From positions 310,001-374,000 of the forward strand of contig JAAOMT010000617.1 of NCBI GenBank assembly GCA_016748015.1: 64,000 bases of DNA, in the 5' to 3' direction. Source of the stretch: Geosiphon pyriformis uo1. Its lineage: Eukaryota; Fungi; Glomeromycota. Every line of letters starts with the position of its first letter. Within the stretch, counting starts at the first letter, position 1. The notes beneath the pieces are model-generated. The model had not been told where the DNA came from, made no database searches, and saw only the letters and a list, made by a program, of their open reading frames with translations. Made by a program: the position numbers and the translations under genes. Shown piece by piece: positions 1-11,660 of this stretch.

Positions 1-1339
1 TAGTGAAATAGTTAAGCCAGTTTAGAGAAGTTTTAAATAAAACAGTAATAGTATTCAGCAAATTTTAAAAATGTTTTTAATTCTGTGAGATTTGTTAATA
101 CTGAAAAGTTTTTGACAATTTTAATCTTATTTGAATCTATTTTGATGCTATTTTTGCTTACAATATGTTTCAAAAACTTGAGTTTAGTTTTACCAAAAAA
201 ACATTTGGTTGTGTTTAATTTCAATCCGACTCTTTTTAATCTTTTAAACACTTGCTAAAAATGATAGAGATAATCATCAAATATTTTAGAGAATACATTG
301 GTGTTAATTAAGTAGACTACTATTGATTTTCATAATAATTCTGTATAGACAATTTCTATTAGCCATTGAAAGATGAATGAAGCATTTATTAAGCTAAAAG
401 GCATAATATTAAATTTAGAGTTTTCTTCTCTGGTGGTAAATGCTGTTTTTTTTTGTCAGCTGGATTTATGGCTACTTGCCAGTAATTACTATTTAGATCT
501 AATATTGAAAACCATTTTTTTCCTCCAAATACATTGAATAATTCTTGATCTGTGAAGTTGGATAATTGTTTTTATAAATCATACTGTAATCTACACAAAA
601 GCAAATTTTCTTATTTTTCTTTTAGACAAGTACTATTAATAATGACTATAAACTCATTAATGGTTAAATTAACTTATTGTCTAACATTCTGTTGATTTTT
701 TGTCAAATGATTTCATGGCTTGCTGGTAGTATTCAGTATGTTTGTTGTTTAATTGGCATAGTATTTCCAGTTTTAATCTAATACTAGATAATGTTAATTC
801 TGTTAAATTCATTTTCATTGGCAAAGATGTTGATGAAATTGTTAAGAAACATTTTGAGTTGCATATGTTGAAATAAGTCTAAGTTTCTCAAGTTCATTTG
901 GTTCAATTGTTCTGGTTGAAGTAAATAACATTTTTCTTGTCCATGTATTGTTTGTAATATAATATTCACATATTTACAAAGCTGTAAAAAATTTGAAATA
1001 GTATTTGGTAGTTGGCTTTTAACTTTAGTGCTTAAGTATCTAATAGTAGTTTCACTTGGTATTTTAATGGTGTTTTCAGTTGTGTTGTAAATAAAAATTT
1101 GATGTATTTATTGTTCTTAACCAGTATATAGAAATTGATAATTCCAATTTTCCCTGATTTACATATAGTTGGTTCTGCTTTAAAAATTTGGGACTGGTTC
1201 TTTATTTTTTTCTTTATTACTAATATATACTAATTATATAGTGGAATAAAAACTGATTGATGGGTGAAAATAATTTCTTCTTTATTAATAATTTCTTTCT
1301 TTGTCATATTGATTAATATGTTTATTCTACTCATTAATC

Positions 1340-1721
1340 CAAATCTATTTTTCTTTCTGGCTGTGATCCCTAATTCTTCTTTTGTTCTCATTGGCACTAA
1401 TTAAGCTATTTTTATCAAAGATAAGAATATTGTCTATGCTATCTTTTTATTTGGTTTAATTATATATGATTTTTTTAAATCATTTTGTAGTATTACAATA
1501 ATATTTTCTACATATTTTGTGTCAATTATTCTTCCTCTAATGGTGATTCTCTTTTTTGCTAAATTAGATCTAAATACTAATTGAATTATTGTTGTTGCCA
1601 AAATTTTCAGTGCTATTTTCAGATTAATGCTGATACATAAATGTGATTTCAATTTAATGGCTGTTTTTTCTGAGTATCTAAGATCAAACTCTATATGAGT
1701 ATCATGTACATATTCTGACAT
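1340..1721 (-). pseudogene. dUTPase domain of element C
   Basis: FDLRY, RSNLAKK, RIIDTKYVENI correspond to decayed dUTPase motifs 1-3 and are collinear with the dUTPase of element A. Confidence 0.8.
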
Positions 1722-3916
1722 AATATCTTCCTTATTATTACTGAACCATTTAGTTCTTGCTCTATTAACAGATCTGAAAGTACAATATATTGTTTAGAGT
1801 TATAATTAGAGTTTGAATTGTTGTTGTTATTGTCATATTGAATAAAGTTAAAACTATTGTTGTTGTTATTATTAGAGTTTGAATTACAATTGAATTTTGA
1901 TTTTGATTCCATTGTACACTCACTAATTGGTTTTTTTTCTTTGAAAATTGAATAAATTATGCATGATAGTAGATTGTAAATAAGCTTACAATTATTACAA
2001 TATTTAAAGTCATTAAAAATTAAACAATATTTACAGAATTTTGTGTTTAGCTGTTCTAAATACTGCTTTTGCTCTTTTTTAGTAAATATTAAGTCTTGAT
2101 AGTATTTGTAGAATTGTTCTGAATTGCTTAAAATATCAAAAAATGCATTGAGTTGGAAATAAGAATAGTCTCAACCAGTTTTGGTGAATTGTTCTTGATT
2201 ACTAATATTTTACTAGGCAAAGCATTTTATATTTTGGCATTTGGTATTTGCCAGATTTTGTCTTCATTATGTAGATAACCATTCAAACAAAAGAGTGTTC
2301 AATTCTATATGGCATTAAAAGATGTTTTTTAGCTTACCCAATCACTAATAAAGATTATATATTAATATGATGTATTGCATGTTTTTCTTCAATCTAGAAT
2401 GTTATTCCACCTTCTTTTGTTAAGTAACATTTCTCTACAAGCAAGACATGGTTTATTGTCCCACTTTTCTTGTTATTTTAAATAACCAAAACATTTTTGG
2501 TGGCATGGTTTACAGTAATAATAAGTATGTATTCAGTAGTCTTTATCTGATGCTACTTAAGCTTTCATAAATAACAGCTTTTTTTTACAGTCAATATATC
2601 TGAAAAAAATGTAGAATAGTTCTTTTTTCATGTCTATTGAGTATAGTATGTGGTGTTAATAGTGACTTGTGGTTTATTCTTTTCTCTTCCTTTTTTTTTG
2701 TCATTCCACAATAAAATTAGTAGTAGCTTATTATGTTCTTCTTTAACTCATAATATTTGGTATGCTTTTCAGATAGGTTTTTTTTTTAATTCAATTAGTG
2801 ACTGCTTATTGGTAGTGATCTTGAAATGTCCACAAGAGACTGGTATCTAAATGCTCTGACTGTTCTGATTCAGTTGTAATTCCTGGGTATTCCAGTCAAG
2901 CATAGCATTGGTTTTAAACAGTTAGTTATTACTAACTAAAGCTTGATACTAGATGGTTTTTATTACAATACTTTAATGGATATGAAGATGCTGTTGACTT
3001 TAAAAGAAAAGTTGTTAATCTCTTTAATGAGTGTTTTAGTGGTTCCATCAGCTATGATAATTCTGGTGCTAACAACATGATCAACTTGGCAATCTAATTG
3101 GTTTATAAATTGTTATGTAATAATACTGCTTGCTAAACCATTATCCAAAATTAATTTAATTGGGTGGCCATCTACTTTGGCATCTGTGTACATGGCTGTG
3201 ATAAATTTAATCTTAAAGGTGGTTCTGCTAAATAAGAATGTAGAGACTGGTTATTTTATCTCAAAAGAAATATTGCAGTAAGTGATTCATTTTCTGTAAT
3301 GGTAACTGATAGAATATTGCTAATAGGTATAGTTTATTCTTAATTAGTTTCTAATAAATTGGATGTAGCAATTTTTAGAAATACCAAGAGATTTAAATAG
3401 TATTGAGCATTTGGGTTTTGGGCATAATTGGTTCTTGAATTTGGTTGCCATATTCTAGATTGTTGGTGCATTATTATTACTAATTACCAATTCTGACAGA
3501 TTTGAATAGTTTTTAGTCTTTAACTTCTGTTTTAAAGTAGACTTTAGGATTGATTCTAATTTGGTTGGAGCTGATAAATAATTTGGGGCTAAGGTGGTTG
3601 ATAAATTACTAGTGTTGGTATTTGATAGATTGATGGCTAATAAATTGGCTGTGTTACTTAAGTATAATACAGTTAATATTGGTATTGTTCTGGTAATTGA
3701 TTACTAATATAATTCAGAATTTGAAATTTGTGATCAGAATTTTAGTATTGATTTCCCAATTATTAATTATTTTTTTTGAAGCAGCAATCTATTTTTAGAT
3801 GGCTTTGTCTATTATAGTAATAGCAATTTCACATTTCTAGTTGCCATTGTTAATTTGATAATAAAAGATGTAACTGTTATTGAACATGATTGTAATTTTC
3901 TGGATTTTTGCAATGT

Positions 3917-4826
3917 TGTTACTGGAGGTTTTTGGTCTCTTTTCATAAATGTTGTTAATGTTTATTTGTTGTGAATTCACATTTTCTGGAAGTAGTTGAA
4001 TCTCCAATAACTGAATTTATCTTCAAATTATTTTTTATAATTTAAACTGCTGAACTTATAAATGGAATAACCAATTCTATACCAGTTACTTTATGTAATT
4101 ATGTTATAATAAACATCAACTTTTTCCCAAAAATTGCTCATCTGGAAGCTCACTAAAAATGTATAGTTACTTTACTATAAAAGTTAACTTTTTTACAAAA
4201 ATTTTATTTGTAGACTACTCTAATAATTATAATAAAAAAAATAAAATTGTGTCAAAAAAAACGCTTTCTATTCAGACTTGGAGTTACTAATAGATTACTG
4301 AAATTGATAGCTAATTAATTTCAAAATGTTGTGTTGAGGAAATTTCAAATGTAATAATTTAAAGAATTTGGTTTTTAAATATTTAATTTTTATTTGAGAT
4401 ATGTAAAAAGTGATTTGTTTTAATTAAGATATCTAAAATAAGATACTATGGTAAAATATATTTTCTTAAAGAAAAAACTCTTTTTTTATACAACTTGTTG
4501 TAATATTAGTCTTTGAACTTGCACTTTTTTCTTTGCTCTAATTTTGGTAAACTAAAGATACATTTTAGTGAATTACAAGTTATTTTTACAAACTATTAAT
4601 TATTTTGGCCAATTTCTGCTAATTTCAGCAAATTTTTGAATATTAAATAATTCAGAATATTGTGTAATTTGATCATCTTAATTTCTATAGTACAAATTGA
4701 ATTATTAATTAAATGATAATATTTGATAATTTGATTAAATAACAAATAATAATTAAAATAATAATAATATATACTAATTAATAATAGAATTCATGTTAAT
4801 TAATAGCTAAAATTTTACTGGTAACA
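3917..4826 (-). repeat. Solo LTR (sister subfamily of element A LTR) inserted into element C
   Basis: Begins TGTTACTGG and ends CTGGTAACA; aligns end to end with 19851-20844 and, reverse-complemented, with 10626-11615; flanked by ATGT (3913-3916) / ATAT (4827-4830), a 4-bp TSD with one G>A change. Confidence 0.9.
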
Positions 4827-7199
4827 ATATTGTAAAAGATGATAAATTGCCTGATTGCTAGTTAAATATCTTTCCAATTTCTGATTAATTAAATCATTAA
4901 ATTGTTTTAATTTGGAATCCAAGTCAAATAATCTATTTATTACTAGATTTACAGCTTGGACATAATTAACTTCTAGCTCAACTGATTTAAAATTTTGGGT
5001 GTAGGTGACTGTGTTTTGGAGTGATTATAAGTGTATTAAATATATGGGTTGTAGAATGCTACTATATAGATCATGGATGAATTGATTTAAGATTTGAGGC
5101 ACAATAAAATAATTAGCATTAATGGCTTGAATTTGGCACAAATTTCTGTGGAAATGTTCTAAGTAAGTGGTGACTGCTTCTGTATTATCTTGTTTAATAA
5201 TAGTAAATGCTGTTATTAAGCAATTAATGCTATTGTTATTGCTAAAATATCTCAAAAATTTGGTTTTAAATTTGTCAAAAGTGATGAGTTTGTTGATTAA
5301 ACTCTAATATCATGAATTGGCAGTATTTTAAAAAAAGTATGAGATTGCTTATAGGGTTCTGACATCATCCCAATTATTAGCTGTGATTGTTTTGGTGATA
5401 TTATTAAGCCAGACTTGAATGTTGTTTTCTTTGTCAGTAAACTTCTTTAATTTGGTAATGAAAACATATGTTATTGATAACAGTTGTAGTTGTTGAAGTT
5501 GTTGTTGTTATTGTTGTTATTGTTGTTGTTGTTGTTGTTAGAATAATAGTTATAGCTATTATTATGGTTTTATAATTAGTGTAGCTAGTGGTGAATCGAT
5601 TACAATTACTAAAAGTAAGTTTTAAGAGACAATAAGTATGGAATTGAGATTGTTTTGATTTTGCTAAACTGAAACAATTGGGGTTTGTATTTCTGGGTTT
5701 TCTGGAATTGGTTTTTGGTAATTAAATTCTTGATTTTTATCTTTTTTCTCTTTTAAATCAGTTATTTCTTAAAAATGAGTGGCTCTAAAATTAAGTTAAG
5801 ACAGCAATAATTAAAATTCTGATGATGTTGGTAATTACAATTTAAATCTTTTAAAGTAATTATTATAAGTTCCCAATAAATTGGCTTTTTTTTGTTGGCT
5901 TTAAAACATTATTCTTACTGATAGTGTTTTTGTTGATAATAATACATCTCTTAATGATATGTTGATATTACTTCCAAGCATATAGTAATATAATAGGTGA
6001 ATAGATAAAATTACTCTTGGTTTCTTCCAAGTAGATAGTTGTATTTTTCTTGGTATTCTTGCTGATGTTTGTAATTTTCTTTTTTTGTTGTCTACAAAAG
6101 TAATAAAAAATTTCTGTCTAGTATGCTTCTTAATTTTTCTGTTAATTTCTGTTATTATTGGGGTGAACAAATAATTTTGTGGCAGTGTAATATTTTGAAA
6201 TAATTTGCTATAAAAATTAGTAAGTGCTGCTTCTAGATTTTTTTGATTCTCTAAGTAAGATTTAATCTTTTTATTGATATAAAAATTGAAAGTTGATTCT
6301 GTTGGCCAATGGTTGCTTGTTAATTCTAAATGAATTTGATAGTATTAGAATAAAGCTTTCATGAATCTCAAGTGGTTTGTCTTTGTTTTTTTTGATTCTG
6401 TCATTATTCCAAATGATTGCTGTTGGTGCTAATTTTCTGCTAAATTATACTTTACAGAAAGCACCAAATGTTACAGATCTTATTTGGGATGTTAGTACAA
6501 ATAACAAACTTATTACTTGATGCTCAATAGTTAACTAATGTTAATAAATCTGAAGATTTTTGTAATCTGAAGGTTTTTAATATTTGAAAGTTTTGGTTAA
6601 GTCTTTTGTATAATAAATAAAGATTCAATGATAATATTTTTTGGTAATGTTTTTAGTTTTTTTCCCAATTCTCGAGTTGGTATGATTTGGTATTTATAGC
6701 CTTCTAGAATGTTTTATTCTGTCAATTTTTTTTCAGCTTGGTGGCCAGTTTTCTGGTAAGTTATTCTCAAATTCTGAGTTATATACCCTTATTTTTAAGT
6801 TTTTTACCAATTCTTTTAATGTCAATTGCTTAGTGCTTAATCTCTTTAATCTGTTAATAAATCAACACAACAAAAAAAAATAAAAAAAAATAAGAAGAAA
6901 ATAAAAAATTAGTATCTTATTAATAATCATAATCAAAAACTATTGTTTTAGCATGATTAAGTATTGGATATTATCAACATAAAGTGCTAATAAATGAAAA
7001 AGTGATTAAATTCTCAAATAAATAATGACAATATGGATTGAATAATAATAAATATGTTTTATTTAATATTTTGTTGATAAATTTACTTTAGTAAATATTA
7101 ACTATTTGTAAAGTAAGAGTTAATTAATAAATAAAAAAGAGAATACTAAATTGGAACTGAACTAAATTCTGCATTTCTTGCTTTTAATACTATTGCTAT

Positions 7200-7360
7200 A
7201 TATATATAGTTAGTATTATACAAGATTCCTGATATCTTGCAATTTTTTTAAAGGAATCCTAGCATTCTGGAATTCTGGAATTCTACCATTCTTTATAAAG
7301 AATCCTAGAATTTTGGGATTTTAAAATTCTGCAATTCTCTTAGAAAAATCCTAAAATTTT
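7200..7360. repeat. Degenerate tandem repeats (GAATCCTAG..ATTCT units), possibly U3 of another LTR remnant
   Basis: About three imperfect ~45-bp units containing gaatcctag and gaattct; element boundaries not resolved. Confidence 0.4.
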
Positions 7361-8653
7361 TTTGTTATTACATCTATTTCTGATTGGCTATTTTTTTATT
7401 ATATAATACTTCTACTTTCTATAAGTAACAATAATTAAACTAAGTTAATTCTAATTCAATCAAATGGTTGTTTTATTTTAATTAATTTTAGTGTTTTACT
7501 GAATTTTGTTTCTTTTTTCTCTAATAAACATTACAATTTTGAATATATTAAATAATATCTGAATATATTAATGGCCAATAATATCTTTTTCTGTTTTTTC
7601 TATGATAATTTTTTTATAAAAGTGGCATAAACTTTTTTTTTATATTAGTTTAAAAAATAAATAAAGTTTAAATATGATAAAAAGTTAAAAAAAAACTTGT
7701 TACTTCTTTTGTTTTTTTAAAAAAATAGAGCTGTAGTTCAAAAAAATTTCATAAAATAATCTTAAGTATAACAAATATATTTGTAAAAATTATTTAATTA
7801 ATTATATATATTAACCAAATTTATTTATAAATAATATATAAATTTAGATTTATAATTATTGGTTAACCTAAAAATTATTATATAATATATCTAGTATAGT
7901 AAAAATAAAACTATTTTACTAAATTTTTAAGCATTCAAACATATTTATTTTTAATCTGTAAATAAAAAATTATTAGTATTTATTTATATAAAAAATTGAA
8001 TTAATATTATATATTATGTTATAAGTTTTGTTTATTTCTTTATGTTCTATTTCTAAATGAAATTTACATAGTTTTTTATATAATTTTTCTTTTAAACAAA
8101 CTGGTTTTTTTGTTTTTTAAGATAAAATATATCTTGTCTTTTAATTTGTGCAATATAAAAGATAATACATATCTAATATTTTTAATTTAGAATTGAAGTT
8201 TTTTTTTTTAGAGATATTTTTTAATATTTTAATATATTGATTTATATAATCTTAAGAAAACAAAGTTTTGGCTTGTTTTTTTTTATTTCTAGTTAATAAA
8301 TAGCTTTTAAAATAGTGTTGAAAAGCCATAAAAATGCGTCAAATATCAAAACTTTGAAAAAAAAACTTTTTACTGGCCAATTAACCAAATAATGTAATTG
8401 GTTGAGTTGATTTGGAATCAACACAGTGTTGAAGCCACATGATGTTTATATTGAATCAATCAAAATGACTAATCCTTCGTCATCATTCCCCTACGCTGAT
8501 CTTTCCTCTAAAAACAGAAAATTTTTTTTTATAAATGAGCACAGATGTTTTCTTATAGCAATCTTCTCCCTTCCTTTCTAAACGCTTCGTATTCGATTAT
8601 ACGGTGAGTTATGATGCTCTATGTTCTAGAAAAAGTATATTATTTAGTTGAAA

Positions 8654-8772
8654 GAGTGAAATGATGAATAAACGAAAGACTCTTCTTTCCCCATCTTATC
8701 GATCATGGTGATTCTTATGCTGCTCCTCTCGCTAAGGAGTAAATACTAGCCAGTATCCCAAACTGATCACTT
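8654..8772 (+). ncRNA. snR190: Box C/D snoRNA, snR190 homologue (intron 1)
   Basis: Box C ATGATGA 8661-8667, box D CTGA 8763-8766, terminal stem AGTGA/TCACT; antisense TCTTCTTTCCCC (8681-8692) complementary to the conserved LSU rRNA GGGGAAAGAAGA (snR190 target near yeast G2395); lies directly upstream of U14 as in other fungi. Confidence 0.85.
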
Positions 8773-8952
8773 TAATAAATATTAATATGTTTGATTCAAA
8801 AAATATATAAACAAAATTAAAAATATTAACTCAATTTTTCCTTGAACATATCAGGTCTATCGTCTAAGTTCCTCACCCCCAATATTGTAAGTAATTTAAA
8901 ATCTTGAAGCTCGCGATAACATATAAGTCTATATAAGCTTGTATTAGTTTGA

Positions 8953-9046
8953 GTTTGTATGATGAATATACTATAATTCGCAGTTTCCACCGAAAGGATT
9001 AAGTTCCTCGTGATGGTTAACAATCTTCCTTGGATGTCTGACTTTA
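8953..9046 (+). ncRNA. U14: U14 (snR128) box C/D snoRNA (intron 2)
   Basis: Box C ATGATGA 8959-8965; domain A ATTCGCAGTTTC 8976-8987 (pairs with 18S GAAACTGCGAAT); domain B CTTCCTTGGATGT 9025-9037 (pairs with 18S ACATCCAAGGAAG) directly followed by box D CTGA 9038-9041. Confidence 0.95.
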
Positions 9047-9199
9047 AATTCTACCTACACTATTAAATCGTTTTTATTGAAACCTTTTCTCACTAACGAG
9101 CTTTCTTACATCTTTACTTTATGTCATCGTTCGTCGTATTCTTATACCATGCGACGCCGTTAAAAAATTATTTTCACACAAAAAGGTGAAAGATGAATT

Positions 9200-9350
9200 T
9201 TATTACTCTGCCGTGATGTTAGTTACAAGATCTGTGTTGGTTATATGACTTTGGATCTGCCGCTAGTGGTATTACTTTGTATCCGCCGCGATGTTTGTTG
9301 TGCTAGTGGGTATTACTTTGCGTCTGCTGTGCTCTGTTGTGCTAGTAATG
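9200..9350 (+). repeat. Degenerate ~40-bp tandem repeat downstream of U14
   Basis: Units of the form TATTACTTTG.ATC(T/C)GCCG(C/T)GATGT..GTTGTGCT.GT; also present, with a different unit arrangement, at ~60955-61110. Confidence 0.7.
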
Positions 9351-10515
9351 TCGATCAGGCCAGCGTTTATCTCTTTTGCTTCAATAGAATGTCCTATATT
9401 GCGGCTAACAGGGTGTCCCCAATGGCTGGAAGGTAAGTTGTATTTTGTGTTTTTTTCACTATAGAAATATAATTTATCTTTTATTTCAACTCGAACTATT
9501 TCAGGATCAAAGCCGCAGTTAATTTTGGCCCATGTTTGAACAGGATAATGAATATGAAAGTGATCTCTTGAACAATTTTTCCTCGAAGATCATCTTATAA
9601 AAATAGCCTTGAGCTTTTGATTCAAGATAACAGCAAGACAGCTACGAGGCATAAAAGTATCATTTTATGCCCTAAAATTTTCCGGTAATCTATATGGGCT
9701 ACGTGATTTTTTTAATGAGAACTGGGAACCCTTTAAAAGGCTTCTGCACTGATGCTGCCAAAATCAGCTCGTGAAAACTATAGGTAAGACCTGTTTTTGG
9801 TGTTTTTTAGATTAAGCCTTTAGTTCATTGGATTTACAAGATATGCAAGGATGTCAGTGCTGGTTTGGAGGGATGTTCATTTTGAGAGATACTTTGCATC
9901 TTAAGGTGAGGTGAAGCGTTTCATGTAAAAATAACAATAGACAAGTGCTTCTCAATTTCTAATATAACTTAGCTTGCAATTTTTTTTACTGTATTGTTTT
10001 ATTAGGATGGTCGTAAGCTTGTTACTTTCAACTTATCTTATTTTTTTAATAAACACATGACATTAATTAATAGTTAACTATTTTATTAAAAGAAATAAAT
10101 AATAAAAATAATTTTTTGATGTAACATTAAATGTTAAATTATAAATAATAAAAAACAGTAAATAAAATTACAATATTGTTAGCAAATGATATTTAATTAT
10201 TTAATAATATTATAACAGTTAATAAAACTTTAAAAAAACAATAATTTGCTTAAAATATTGATTTTAAAAATAAGTAATAAACAATTTAAAAAGTTTTAAT
10301 TTTTTTATTGTTTTTATTACCAAAAATTTTTATTAAAGCAGTAATTTTAACAAAAAATAAGCTTTTTATTATCTATATTAGTTTTAATAATAAACAAATT
10401 CAAATATTAAATATTTTAATTAATATTTTTTGTAATATTAAAAAGTTGTTTAAAAACTGTATAATTAAAAAATTAAAAAGCAGAGTTTAAAGCTTAATAT
10501 TTATAAATTTTATAA

Positions 10516-10625
10516 TTTTTTTTTTATTAATATTTTACAAATGAGGTCCAAACATTACCTATAACTATACATCAAAAAAATGATCTAAAATAGATGTGAA
10601 TCATGTACTTTTTACATGTGACCAG
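10516..10625 (-). mobile_element. Poly(A) tail and distal 3' UTR of a LINE, split off by insertion of element A
   Basis: Poly(T) 10516-10525; joining 10516-10625 to 21535 onward restores the 3' UTR seen intact at 29480-29607. Confidence 0.9.
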
Positions 10626-11615
10626 TATTACCAGATGAAATTAGAGATATTGTTTAGCATGAAATTACCCTTATAAATCTTATCATTAATAAGCATATAT
10701 TATCATTTCAAATTATCACTTATTATATTAGCAAAATATCCAAAATTATCATTTAATTAATAACCCAATTTGTACATAACACAAATGTAACCTAATTGCA
10801 ATAATCAATCATGCAATACTCCGAACTATGTAACATTCAAAAAGTTTGCTGAAATTTGTAAGAAATTCGCCGAAATAATTGATAGTTTACCGAAATATCT
10901 AATAGTTTGTAGAAATAACTTGTAGTTCACCGAAATGTATCTTTAGTTCAGCAAAATTATAGAAAATAGCAAAGTTCAAGTTCATAGAATAGTGTTATGA
11001 CAAGTTGTATAAAAAAAGAGCTTTTTTTTTTGAGAAAATGTATTTTACTCTAGATTTATCACTTGGAATCATTCCTACATACACAAAAAGAACTAAATAT
11101 CAAATAATTCAAAAAAAAACCAAATTCTTTAATTATTGCACTTGGAAAATCCCCAAAACCCAACTAACATTTTAAAATTGATTAGCTACCAATTTCAGTA
11201 AACTGTTAGTGACTCCAGACCTGGATAGAAAACATTTCCCTTGACAGAATTCTATTTCTTTTACATTTTTTATTTTTATTTTCTTTCTTTTATTTTCTTA
11301 TCATAATTATTAAGGTAGCCTACAGATGAGATTCCTGTAGAAAAGTTGATTTTCACAACAAAGTAACTACACATTTTAGTAAGCTTCCAGACAAGCAATT
11401 TCTGGAAAAGAGTTGACATTTACTACAACATAACTACACAAAGCAACTGGCATGGAATTGGCTATTCCACTTATAAGCCCAGCAGTTCAAATTATAGGAG
11501 ATAATTTGAAGATAAATTCAGTTACTGGAGGTTCAACTACATCTAGAAAACGTGAATTCATAGCAAATAGGCATCAACAACATTATAGAAAAGAGACCAA
11601 AAACCTCTGGTAACA
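10626..11615 (+). repeat. 5' LTR of element A (990 bp)
   Basis: T(G>A)TTACCAG...CTGGTAACA; matches 19544-19850 plus 20849-21530; internal ~20-bp AGTTCACCGAAAT-type repeats at ~10840-10960. Confidence 0.95.
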
Positions 11616-11660
11616 TTTGGTGCTCTTCCATGGAAATAACACAGCAACAACAAATTCAAA

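Larger units (their letters stand above)
1..6860 (-). mobile_element. Degenerate Ty3/Gypsy LTR retrotransposon C (5' LTR, PBS, gag, protease, Cys-rich region, dUTPase, RT; continues beyond the left edge)
   Basis: Minus-strand remnants in Gypsy order: LTR inner end TGTTACAG at 6469 with PBS TGGTGCTTTC at 6457-6466; gag-like ORF 5025-5255 (TIIKQDNTEAVTTYLEHF); protease KLILDNGLA ~3131-3157; dUTPase ORF 1434-1721; RT remnants 1-780 (GLKLNTTKCFFG; VYLIN for VYLDD). Outer LTR end is approximate. Confidence 0.88.
8429..9972 (+). repeat. Copy 1 of inverted duplication: spliced non-coding snoRNA host gene
   Basis: Reverse complement aligns with 60410-61852 throughout, with indels. TATAAA-like box ~8530, pyrimidine tract 8563-8579, donor GTGAGT 8604, acceptor CAG 8852-8854, 32-nt exon 8855-8886, donor GTAAGT 8887, branch site CTAAC 9093-9097. 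Confidence 0.85.

Noticed and set aside
5485-5540. (TTG)n tracts here and at ~1815-1875 as independent microsatellites
   Set aside because: They encode poly-Q or poly-N linkers within element C.
9245-9436. Small Cys-rich peptide ORFs here and at 60949-61176
   Set aside because: Reading frames are not conserved between the two duplicate copies; the Cys content comes from the TG-rich repeat.
9560-9675. Possible H/ACA snoRNA (small hairpins including GCATAAAA/TTTTATGC)
   Set aside because: Hairpins are too short and the H/ACA spacing is not convincing; a covariance-model search would be needed.
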